Origin: an uncultured candidatus Porisulfidus sp.
GTDB lineage: Bacteria; Pseudomonadota; Gammaproteobacteria; Poriferisulfidales; Oxydemutatoraceae
Assembly (NCBI GenBank): GCA_965215125.1
Contig: OZ244052.1
Span: 288,001-352,000 of the forward strand
Direction of reading: 5' to 3'
Length of the DNA stretch: 64,000 nt
Shown: positions 55,866 to 64,000 of the stretch, in pieces
Numbering within the stretch: the first letter of the stretch is position 1
How the letters are laid out: every line of letters begins with the position of its first letter
The notes under the pieces: generated by a model
Databases searched by the model: none
Seen by the model: the letters and a program-made list of their open reading frames with translations, nothing else
What the model was told of the DNA's origin: nothing
Program-made: the position numbers and the translations under genes

Positions 55866-56381
55866 TCAATTTCTTTTAGGGGCATATATCATTACTACTT
55901 GGCGACCTTCGGTTTTAGGTTCTTGCTCGACGACACCGTATTCTTTTAGATCATCCTCTATGCGATACAGCATTTCCATTCCGAGCTCGCGGTGTATAAA
56001 CTCTCGTCCCTTGAACCTCAATACAACTTTTGTTTTATCTCCGTCTTGCAAGAATTTCTTCAGACTACGCAACTTGGTCTGATAATCCATCGTCTCGGTA
56101 CTCGGTCTGAATTTTACTTCCTTGACTTGTATACGCTTTTGATTTTTACGCGAACGCTGCTCCTTTTTGCGCTGCTCGAACTTAAACTTTCCGTAGTTAA
56201 GCAACCTGCATACAGGTGGCTTTGCATTGGGCACTAATTCAACTAAATCTAAATTTTGTTCCGCAGCGTAGCTACGCGCTCTCTCTATATCTACAACTCC
56301 TATGTTGGTTCCGTCGGGTGCAATCAAACGTACTTCGGTGCAATCAATCTCACCATTGGTTCTGTTCTGCTTTTTTATCAA
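55866..56381 (-). CDS. infC: Translation initiation factor IF-3 (non-AUG start)
   Basis: LDLVE..PNAKPPVC, QVKEVKFRP, FKGRE; begins TTG/ATA. Confidence 0.95.
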   Translation of the reverse strand: MIKKQNRTNGEIDCTEVRLIAPDGTNIGVVDIERARSYAAEQNLDLVELVPNAKPPVCRLLNYGKFKFEQRKKEQRSRKNQKRIQVKEVKFRPSTETMDYQTKLRSLKKFLQDGDKTKVVLRFKGREFIHRELGMEMLYRIEDDLKEYGVVEQEPKTEGRQVVMIYAPKRN

Positions 56382-56404
56382 ATTAAATTCCTATGTTCAT
56401 AAAA

Positions 56405-58312
56405 TTACTCTCTGCATTGTACCTTAGTTTTCAATTCGCCAAGCAACTGCGCGACAGGCATCCGACCTAAGTCGGTACCGTCAAGGGCACGCACCGAAAC
56501 ATTCTGCATTGCAACTTCCTTGTCACCTACGATTATCATATAAGGTATCTTTTGCAAAGTCCCACTGCGAATTTTATACCCTATCTTCTCATTTCTCAAG
56601 TCCATATCGGCACGAAATCCGTCGGCACGAAATCGTTCGGTTATTATTCGTGCGTATTCGGCTTGCGCATCGGTGACATTCATTACCATAATCTGTAGCG
56701 GTGCAAGCCATAACGGCAGTTTCCCGGCATAATTTTCCAGCAATATGCCTATAAAACGCTCAAGAGATCCTAAAATCGCCCGATGTATCATCACCGGCAC
56801 CCGCTTTTCTCCGCTTTCCGAAATATAAATCGCACCGAGTTGCATCGGCATCGAGAAGTCCAACTGTATGGTGCCGCATTGCCATTTTCTATCCAAGCTA
56901 TCGGTCAGAGTAAACTCTATTTTGGGACCGTAAAAAGCACCTTCACCTTCTTGAACTGCAAATTTCAATCCGCGCGTTTCCAAAACTTCTCGCAACGCAG
57001 CCTCCGCTTTATCCCATAGCGCATCGTCTCCGACTCGTTGCGGCGGACGGGTTGAAAAAGCAATGAGGATATCGTCAAAGCCGAAGTCGCGATAGACCTT
57101 GAATGTTTTTTCTATCAGTATCCCGATTTCGTCGTTGAGCTGTTCTTGGCGACAAAAGATATGCGCATCGTCTTGGGTAAAACGACGGGCGCGCATCAAA
57201 CCGTGTAGGGTTCCAGAAGGTTCGTTGCGGTGTACGACTCCAAACTCGGCGATACGATAAGGTAAATCGCGGTAGCTACGCAGTGTCTGATTATATATTT
57301 GTACATGTGCCGGACAATTCATAGGCTTGACCGCATAGTCTCGCTTCTCGGATTCGGTACTGAAAATCATATCGCCGAACTTCTGCCAATGCCCCGACTG
57401 CTCCCATAGACTACGGTCTATCAACTGCGGGGTATTGACTTCGTAATAGCGATGTTCCTTAATCGTCTGCCGCATATAGTCTTCTACCAAACGATAGAGT
57501 ATCCATCCTTTTTCGTGCCAAAACACCATCCCCGGTGCTTCCTCTTGAAAATGGAATAAATCCATTTGTTTTCCCAAGCGACGATGATCGCGTTTACCCG
57601 CCTCTTCCAGTTTTAGCAAATACGCTTTGAGTTGTTTTTTATCTGCCCATGCGGTACCGTAGATACGTTGTAGCATTTCGTTTTTATGGTCGCCGCGCCA
57701 ATAAGCACCCGCCAAATGCGTTAGTTTGAATGCCTGCAAATAGCGAGTATCGGGCACATGTGGACCGCGGCACATATCTACATACTCCTCGTGATGATAG
57801 AGTGCGATAATCTCGTCATCCGGTATCTCTTCGGCAATTTGAACTTTGTAGCTTTCGCCGCGTTGTTTGAATACTTCTATCGCTCGTTCTTTGGAGACAA
57901 CTTCTCTAAGTACCGGATAATTTTTTTTAGCCAATTCTTTCATGCGTTGTTCTATCAAAACCAAATCTTCTTCGGTAAACGAACGCTTGTATGCAATATC
58001 GTAATAAAAGCCTCTATCTATTACCGGACCTATTGCCATTTGCGCATCGGGATAGAGTTGCTTGATCGCATGCCCCAACAGATGCGCACACGAATGTCGA
58101 ATAATTTCAACACCCGCCGGATCTGCAGAAGTGATAATTTTAACCTCGGCATCATCGTCGACCTTCACACACGCATCTACGAGCTTGTCTCCGACTTGAC
58201 CGGCAATCGTCGCTTTCAATAACCCCGGGCCTATCGCTTCGGCAATCTGTGATACGCTAACCGGGCTATTGAATTCCTTTTTTGAACCGTCTATCAAACT
58301 TATGGTCGGCAT
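56405..58312 (-). CDS. thrS: Threonyl-tRNA synthetase
   Basis: [38 protein letters not shown]. Confidence 0.97.
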   Translation of the reverse strand: MPTISLIDGSKKEFNSPVSVSQIAEAIGPGLLKATIAGQVGDKLVDACVKVDDDAEVKIITSADPAGVEIIRHSCAHLLGHAIKQLYPDAQMAIGPVIDRGFYYDIAYKRSFTEEDLVLIEQRMKELAKKNYPVLREVVSKERAIEVFKQRGESYKVQIAEEIPDDEIIALYHHEEYVDMCRGPHVPDTRYLQAFKLTHLAGAYWRGDHKNEMLQRIYGTAWADKKQLKAYLLKLEEAGKRDHRRLGKQMDLFHFQEEAPGMVFWHEKGWILYRLVEDYMRQTIKEHRYYEVNTPQLIDRSLWEQSGHWQKFGDMIFSTESEKRDYAVKPMNCPAHVQIYNQTLRSYRDLPYRIAEFGVVHRNEPSGTLHGLMRARRFTQDDAHIFCRQEQLNDEIGILIEKTFKVYRDFGFDDILIAFSTRPPQRVGDDALWDKAEAALREVLETRGLKFAVQEGEGAFYGPKIEFTLTDSLDRKWQCGTIQLDFSMPMQLGAIYISESGEKRVPVMIHRAILGSLERFIGILLENYAGKLPLWLAPLQIMVMNVTDAQAEYARIITERFRADGFRADMDLRNEKIGYKIRSGTLQKIPYMIIVGDKEVAMQNVSVRALDGTDLGRMPVAQLLGELKTKVQCRE

Positions 58313-58343
58313 TTTTAATATGTCTTTGCATTTTAATATGTAC

Positions 58344-58420
58344 TGGTAGGCGCGATTGGATTTGAACCAACGACCTCCACCATGTCAAGGTGGCACTCTA
58401 ACCAACTGAGCTACGCGCCT
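58344..58420 (-). tRNA. tRNA-Val(GAC)
   Basis: AGGCGCGTAGCTCAGTTGGTTAGAGTGCCACCTTGACATGGTGGAGGTCGTTGGTTCAAATCCAATCGCGCCTACCA. Confidence 0.95.
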
Positions 58421-58912
58421 ATTTCAAAAACATCACCGCTCGTTACATCGGAACAAGCAACAATACTCAGGGTAAATTTTTAGCACGAGTATAACATATA
58501 GGGCAATACAGAGATGAACTATAACAGCTAAATTTTTGTGAAATTTTGGCTAAAACAGGCTAATTTACTAGATATAAACACAATAGTCCGGCTTTTATCT
58601 TACCTATATCATTACGGTAAAATAATAAGTTTGACATCTGGATTAAATTGTGTTAGCTTGAGTATCGGTATAGCGTGTCTGTTCGCTTTTATAGAGGGGG
58701 GAGTGAATGTGTGCACGCTATACCACTTCTAATTTTTCAGCGCGAACATCTCGCTTCGGTATTTATCTAAACACTATTAAAAAATTCGAGCTACTACAGA
58801 AGCACCGATTGAACCGGTAGGTCAATCAATGTGAGGTTGTGGAGAACCGGAACATATCGAGTAAGGCATAAATTACAATGCAGCATAGCTGCCTGCCCTT
58901 CGGTTATAAGGA

Positions 58913-58977
58913 CTCGGATATAGAGTCGGTTGTGCGCGGCCTGGGAGGGTGTTTGATATTACCGATCTATATCCGAG
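58913..58977. terminator. Long inverted repeat downstream of the porin gene
   Basis: ctcggatatagagtcggt ... accgatctatatccgag (17-bp stem, one bulge). May be a terminator or an mRNA stabiliser. Confidence 0.4.
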
Positions 58978-58990
58978 AGTTTTTGCTATA

Positions 58991-60463
58991 TCAGAATGCG
59001 TATTGGGCGCGTAGCGAGATGGCATCGCCGTCTACATTTTCATGCCCCTTTGCTTCGGCATCGATATAGTTCAGCATGAACTTGACATTGTTGTTTGCAT
59101 ACCAGTTAATCCCGAGTAGCATTTTTTCGGCATCACTATCTGTACTACCGTTTCTGTCACTTATAGCACCGCCATACTCAACATCAATTTCTTCGTAGCG
59201 AGCAATCAGTTCCCACGCTCCCATAGAACCTTTGGGTTTGATTTTATCAAAGTAAGCCCCTTTGGTTTTATAACTGCGTTGTTCGCCGGTGATAGTCCAA
59301 GCACCTTGAATATAGTAACCGTCGGCTTCTAAATCGCTGTAGCGATCTGTGAAGGAATCTGAGACAGTTTCTGTTATCGTCTCTGTGACTTCTTGCTCAT
59401 CAAATATTCTTGTCACCTCTCTTGTCACCTCTCTTGATGGTCCTATTCTTGTACCAACACCGCCGTCTACTTCTACATCAACATATTCGGCTTGCAGAGA
59501 GAACGGTCCGGTTACAAAAGCAGCTTCCAGTCCCCATTGTGAGATGTCATCTGCGACCGGAAGTGTAGCTAATTCAGCACGTGCATCGTTATTCGTATGT
59601 ATACCAAAACGTGTTCTTACTCTATAGCTACCACTTTCTGATCCATCTCTTTCACGCTCGGAATAAGCAAAGCCTAAGTGAAAAAAGCTATCCTCGCTCA
59701 GTTGCGGTGTGGCAGCAATACGGCCGGTGTATGCATAATTCGAATCGCCGTCGTCATCTTTTTCGTCATCGTCAAATACACCGAATGCCCAGTTCAGATT
59801 TGCCATTTCTGCATAATGACCGGAAAGCATCACGCCGGCTGTTTGGGGTTGTCCGTGACCTTCGTTGACGATATCGAGTATCATTCCACGTTCAATCGTG
59901 TTGATCCATTTGGAACTTGCCAATCTTTCCAAGCTGAAAGGTTCCTTGAATTTACCGACCGTGATGCTCAGCGGTTTGAAGCCGTCATATCGCATATAAG
60001 CGGTATTGATGTCGGCACTCTCGTCGTCATCACTGATATTGATTGTCAATCCATAAGCCCAATCCTTTTTGACGGTGCCTTTGGCAGTGATACGGGTACG
60101 ACGCCATTCGGTATCGGATCCGTCGCCTACTTTGTCTCCGTCAAAGTCGTAATTGTCGTAGTCCAACATCAAACGACCACCAAGCTGGAACGAGTTCCCG
60201 TTGTCCGACTTGAGCTTCAAACCACCGCCGGTGGTAGATAAAGTGATGTTTTCACCATCGCTACGAACAACGCCACCTTTTTCGGATGCATCGGCTTCTT
60301 TGGCTTTTGCCATCTCGGCACGCATCTGAATCAAGGTTTTTTGCAACTGTTCTACGGTTGCTTCTAGGCTTCTAATTTTTTCCTCCATCGTTTGTGCCGA
60401 AACCGATAACGGCAAGCAGATCAAAGTAAGCGAAAAAATCATTATCCGATATAGTTTTTTCAT
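58991..60463 (-). CDS. Phosphate-selective porin (OprO/OprP family)
   Basis: Signal peptide and coiled coil, GGRLMLDY, GKFKEPFSLE, SLQAEY, TGEQRSY, GAWELIARY, C-terminal QYAF; Pho boxes upstream. Confidence 0.88.
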   Translation of the reverse strand: MKKLYRIMIFSLTLICLPLSVSAQTMEEKIRSLEATVEQLQKTLIQMRAEMAKAKEADASEKGGVVRSDGENITLSTTGGGLKLKSDNGNSFQLGGRLMLDYDNYDFDGDKVGDGSDTEWRRTRITAKGTVKKDWAYGLTINISDDDESADINTAYMRYDGFKPLSITVGKFKEPFSLERLASSKWINTIERGMILDIVNEGHGQPQTAGVMLSGHYAEMANLNWAFGVFDDDEKDDDGDSNYAYTGRIAATPQLSEDSFFHLGFAYSERERDGSESGSYRVRTRFGIHTNNDARAELATLPVADDISQWGLEAAFVTGPFSLQAEYVDVEVDGGVGTRIGPSREVTREVTRIFDEQEVTETITETVSDSFTDRYSDLEADGYYIQGAWTITGEQRSYKTKGAYFDKIKPKGSMGAWELIARYEEIDVEYGGAISDRNGSTDSDAEKMLLGINWYANNNVKFMLNYIDAEAKGHENVDGDAISLRAQYAF

Positions 60464-60518
60464 GGCATCTCCTGTAGTAAAAATAAAAAGTTATTTATTA
60501 TTTTTCTATTATCGTAAT

Positions 60519-60562
60519 TTTTGTGACATCAATATGAAAAATATATTACAAATTGATGACTT
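60519..60562 (-). promoter_or_regulatory. Tandem Pho boxes (four 11-bp half-sites)
   Basis: Minus strand aaGTCATcaat|ttGTAATatat|ttTTCATattg|atGTCACaaaa fits the PhoB CTGTCAT-N4 repeat. Confidence 0.8.
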
Positions 60563-60582
60563 TTATTTTTATATGAAGACTG

Positions 60583-61386
60583 TCAACTGTCCTGTGTAAC
60601 TTCGCCTTCAGTGTCAAATCTATCTTCGTGATCAATAGCCTGTAATACTTGGTCTCTTAGAACCAATCCTACAATTCGCATAATTATTTCTATCTGCACA
60701 CCTTCTTTATAAGCTATATCGGTTAAGTGCCTAAATGTCTTTTTGTCTTTTTCTTCTAAGTCTTTGAGAATTTCCTTCGCTGCACAATCAAAGCAACTTT
60801 CTTGTATTTGATACGGACCTCCCTCTTCATCTCTGGCTTTATCAACAAGTTTTGCTATATATTTACTCGCAATCTCTGCTGCTCCCATCTCTTTAGATAG
60901 TTCTCTGCCTCTATCGTTTAGCGACATCGGACTATTGGCTTCCGTATATTGCCGACCACCAACTCCTGCCATTTGTCTAGAAATACTTTCCGTTGTATTC
61001 TCAAGAACGGCCACCTTATTTACGACATGCTCTGTCGTTTTCTCGAGGGTAGCTACCTTATTTACGACGCGCTCTGTTGTTTTCTCGAGGGTGGCTGTCG
61101 TCTTCTCAAGAGTGGCTGTCGTCTTCTCAAGAGTGTCTACCTTATATACAACGATCTCTGTCGTCTTCTCAAGGGTGGCTACCCTATTTCCGACATTCCT
61201 TATTTCCTCAGGCATTTTAGAAATTTCATCTGCATTTTTTCTGATGGGTTCAAGGTCTCTCATTTTCCAATCAATAATCAATATCTTATATATAAAGGTC
61301 GCTATAACCCCTAATAAAGAAATTACTATGAAAGTCCAAACGGTAGGAGGTAAAGAATTAATAAAACTCACTTTTATACAATCCAC
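60583..61386 (-). CDS. Hypothetical membrane-anchored coiled-coil protein with 7/14-aa repeats
   Basis: N-terminal TM segment; repeated (VA)TLEKTT units. Confidence 0.7.
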   Translation of the reverse strand: MDCIKVSFINSLPPTVWTFIVISLLGVIATFIYKILIIDWKMRDLEPIRKNADEISKMPEEIRNVGNRVATLEKTTEIVVYKVDTLEKTTATLEKTTATLEKTTERVVNKVATLEKTTEHVVNKVAVLENTTESISRQMAGVGGRQYTEANSPMSLNDRGRELSKEMGAAEIASKYIAKLVDKARDEEGGPYQIQESCFDCAAKEILKDLEEKDKKTFRHLTDIAYKEGVQIEIIMRIVGLVLRDQVLQAIDHEDRFDTEGEVTQDS

Positions 61387-61394
61387 ATGTAATT

Positions 61395-61829
61395 TTAGCT
61401 AGACAAAAAAAATCGTAACATCATGCCGGTTAGAGAAAGATTCACAAGCACTGTTGCCGCAAGCAATCCTACTATTCTAAAAAGCATTTTATTCTCCGAT
61501 TTTCTAATATCTTCCTTAGTTGCCATTTTTGATTCTAGATATTTAATATCGGCTTTGGTTGCCATATCTTTAATATCGTCCTTAATTACCATATCTTTAA
61601 TGTCGGCTTTGATTACCATATCTTTAATGTCGGCTTTGATTACCATATCTTTAATATCGGCTTTGGTTGCCATATCTTTAATGTCGGCTTTGGTTGCCAT
61701 ATCCTTAACGGCATCTCTAAAAGAGAGCTCGTTTATGTAAGTAATACTATCTACTACCATACCAACCTCTTCATCGGTGGTATTAGGAATTTTGGCAAAA
61801 GTTTTAAACAAAATTGATCTATACATCAT
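61395..61829 (-). CDS. DUF1640/CCDC90-like coiled-coil protein with MATKADIKD repeats and C-terminal TM
   Basis: Six 9-aa (27-nt) repeats followed by a hydrophobic anchor. Confidence 0.7.
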   Translation of the reverse strand: MMYRSILFKTFAKIPNTTDEEVGMVVDSITYINELSFRDAVKDMATKADIKDMATKADIKDMVIKADIKDMVIKADIKDMVIKDDIKDMATKADIKYLESKMATKEDIRKSENKMLFRIVGLLAATVLVNLSLTGMMLRFFLSS

Positions 61830-61949
61830 GAGAAACTCCTATCAATAATTATATGTAAATGCTCGCTAAACAACAAGTATCACAACCTTATCCTATAGAA
61901 ATAAGCATGCAATCGGTTCCGGGTTGAACGGTAGCTAATATCCGACGAA

Positions 61950-62110
61950 ATGAATAAATGGATAAATCATGCAAGCGTGTTCACGATCACCCTGTGAAAA
62001 AGATTTTACATTTTGTAATATATGTTAAGGGTTTGCACAACGTCACGCCGATTAACCTACCGGCTTAATCGGCGGTTCTACGACGCATGCCCTCTCCACA
62101 GGAGGGAAAT
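61950..62110. repeat. Dispersed modular repeat unit
   Basis: tttacattttgta, cacaacgtcacgccgattaacctaccggcttaatcggcggttcta, ctccacaggaggg. Confidence 0.7.
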
Positions 62111-62113
62111 GGA

Positions 62114-64000
62114 TTAGCGTAAAAGACCCTCGGGAAATACTCTGATGTTTATGAAAACACTTATTGACCGATCCACTGAAGTTCTTACAACCTCTCTAGA
62201 TCTCACGACATCATAAACAAATTGCCGTGGTGCCGACACTGCCGGAGATGCGAGCCTCCGATGCCTATAGCCCTGCTTATCGGTATAGTCAACCAATACG
62301 CGATAGCGGTCACCTATAATGCCTTCCACGGTATGGCTTCTATGGGTGGCATCATCAATATCCAACCAGCTACCCAGCAACTCTTTTTGCCACCGGTAGG
62401 CTATTTCAGGAACAGGGTTTATTCCATCCGAATCCGATAATAAATCTATATCCTCGATAGTGTATGTAAAACCATGCAATATAGGTGCAGGGACGGATAT
62501 AATACCGTTGTTTTGTTTGACTATCGTTAGTTGTGTCTTTTCACTTGTGACACCTAAACGATCTCCAACCGTCAAAACGATATCCACAACATCCATGCTT
62601 TGCATTTCACCGAACAGATTATCGGGTATGTTATGTTTATACATCGGATCGGCACGACCTACTGCCGTGCCGGTGAGCCTCTCTAGATCCGGCAATAGAT
62701 CTGCAATCACACTCAAACTATAATTCAACTCGTCCTCCTCGGGATCTTCTACAGAAGCATTCAAGGCAAGGGTTTCACCTTCACCGACTGAAGCAGGGGC
62801 GTTAATATTTATTCTGGGCAGACGATTATTCAACGTTAATTTATACACGACAGGCTCTTCGGTTCCCACCGAATTACTTGTCGCAACTCGGAGAACCGTG
62901 GACGTAGGTTCAGAAGTATTTATCGCAATAGAATAGCCGGTATTGTTTGCCGAAAGGACTTTGTCGTCGGCTATGATAGTCGCATCGGGATTAGACGCTA
63001 TCGGGGTGATTTTCAATTCGCTTGCATCGGTATGAACCGAAACCATATATACCGTAGCCGTAGAGTTAAAGTCGGGAGAAAGGTACAAATGTTCTGCCTT
63101 CACATTTTGCTCCAGCTTCAGATCTAACAAACCGGTGCGTTGATGAAGCAACAATCTGCCGCAATCCGGTGACGGCGTGGAAGTGCCACAGGTGTTATCG
63201 TGGTATTTGAGTGCCGGATACTCATCGGCAGTGCCGAAATCCCAACGCTCCGAATCCCAGTTGTAGTAGGCATTTCCTTCCATAGTGCCTGCCGATACGG
63301 GTGATTTCAACTCATTTAACGAAAAGCCCTTATAATTTATGTTCGTTGCAGTATTACCGGCACTGCCTATAGGGTTATCGGAATCCATCCTCCAGTAACT
63401 TCGGGTCGGATTGGTGGATCCTCTACCGATCAAACCGCCCGCATCGCTACCGCTTGCCGTCACATTGCCCACTGCATAACTGTTTTCTATACTAGAACGA
63501 GCCTCGCCGATCAAACCGCCTACCTCATTTTGTCCCTTAACATCACCGGCTGCATAACTTCCGATAATGTCCGATATAAAATATCCTAAACCTACTAAAC
63601 CACCTACTCTGACACCTTCCTCTGCTGTTACACTACCGGCTGCATAGCTATTGTTTATGGAAGCATTAACAAATAATGCTCCGACCAAACCACCTATATC
63701 CGTACTCTTCCCGGTTGCTATTACATCGCTAAGCGCATAACTATTATAGATATTTTTCGAGAAAAAACCGACCAAACCACCTACAGAATCTGCATCTACA
63801 GCCGTCACATTGCCGGCTGCATAGCTGTTTCTAATATCGGCCCTGCTCTCACCGACCAAGCCGCCTACATGTGAATTTCCGCCGACCGAACTTTTTGCAT
63901 AACTTCCGGAAATTTGCCCGCGCTCTATAAAACCAACCAAACCACCTACATCCGAATGCCCCTCAATGGTCCCTGTTACGTAGCTGTTGGAGATTTTTCC
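62114..64000 (-). CDS. C-terminal part of a second GLUG/cadherin-like modular surface protein (starts beyond the window)
   Basis: Frame is open to 64000 (GKISNSYVTG...). Same GGLVG repeats, WDFGTADEYPALKY and terminal domains as 22035..40766. Confidence 0.88.
   Translation of the reverse strand, partial: GKISNSYVTGTIEGHSDVGGLVGFIERGQISGSYAKSSVGGNSHVGGLVGESRADIRNSYAAGNVTAVDADSVGGLVGFFSKNIYNSYALSDVIATGKSTDIGGLVGALFVNASINNSYAAGSVTAEEGVRVGGLVGLGYFISDIIGSYAAGDVKGQNEVGGLIGEARSSIENSYAVGNVTASGSDAGGLIGRGSTNPTRSYWRMDSDNPIGSAGNTATNINYKGFSLNELKSPVSAGTMEGNAYYNWDSERWDFGTADEYPALKYHDNTCGTSTPSPDCGRLLLHQRTGLLDLKLEQNVKAEHLYLSPDFNSTATVYMVSVHTDASELKITPIASNPDATIIADDKVLSANNTGYSIAINTSEPTSTVLRVATSNSVGTEEPVVYKLTLNNRLPRININAPASVGEGETLALNASVEDPEEDELNYSLSVIADLLPDLERLTGTAVGRADPMYKHNIPDNLFGEMQSMDVVDIVLTVGDRLGVTSEKTQLTIVKQNNGIISVPAPILHGFTYTIEDIDLLSDSDGINPVPEIAYRWQKELLGSWLDIDDATHRSHTVEGIIGDRYRVLVDYTDKQGYRHRRLASPAVSAPRQFVYDVVRSREVVRTSVDRSISVFINIRVFPEGLLR

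Overview
Chromosomal window from what looks like a Gammaproteobacterium, judged from the thrS-infC-rpmI-rplT-pheST-ihfA-merR-tRNA-Pro order and the phoBR, znuABC-zur, queG, pgi and purC genes; a host-associated lifestyle is only an inference. Housekeeping blocks are interleaved with accessory DNA. Accessory genes include an orphan phage-type switch (two cI-like S24 repressors that appear cleavage-defective, plus a divergent cro-like gene with operators), a Fic-MerR fusion, a HEAT-repeat DNA methyltransferase and two AAA/DUF4143 ATPases, one preceded by a 23-bp iteron-like array. A 6,243-aa secreted modular GLUG/cadherin-like protein and a truncated paralogue share a C-terminal signature (I.IRV..EGLL). 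Mobile DNA is nested: a TIR-bounded repeat element holds a REP-like hairpin, an IS110 sits in that hairpin, and an IS481-family element sits in the IS110 gene. The IS110 bridge-RNA guides, CA core and circle-junction promoter can all be read from the sequence. An IS1380 interrupts a 47-bp palindromic tandem array. No CRISPR array or rRNA was seen. All calls are by eye; no database searches were run.
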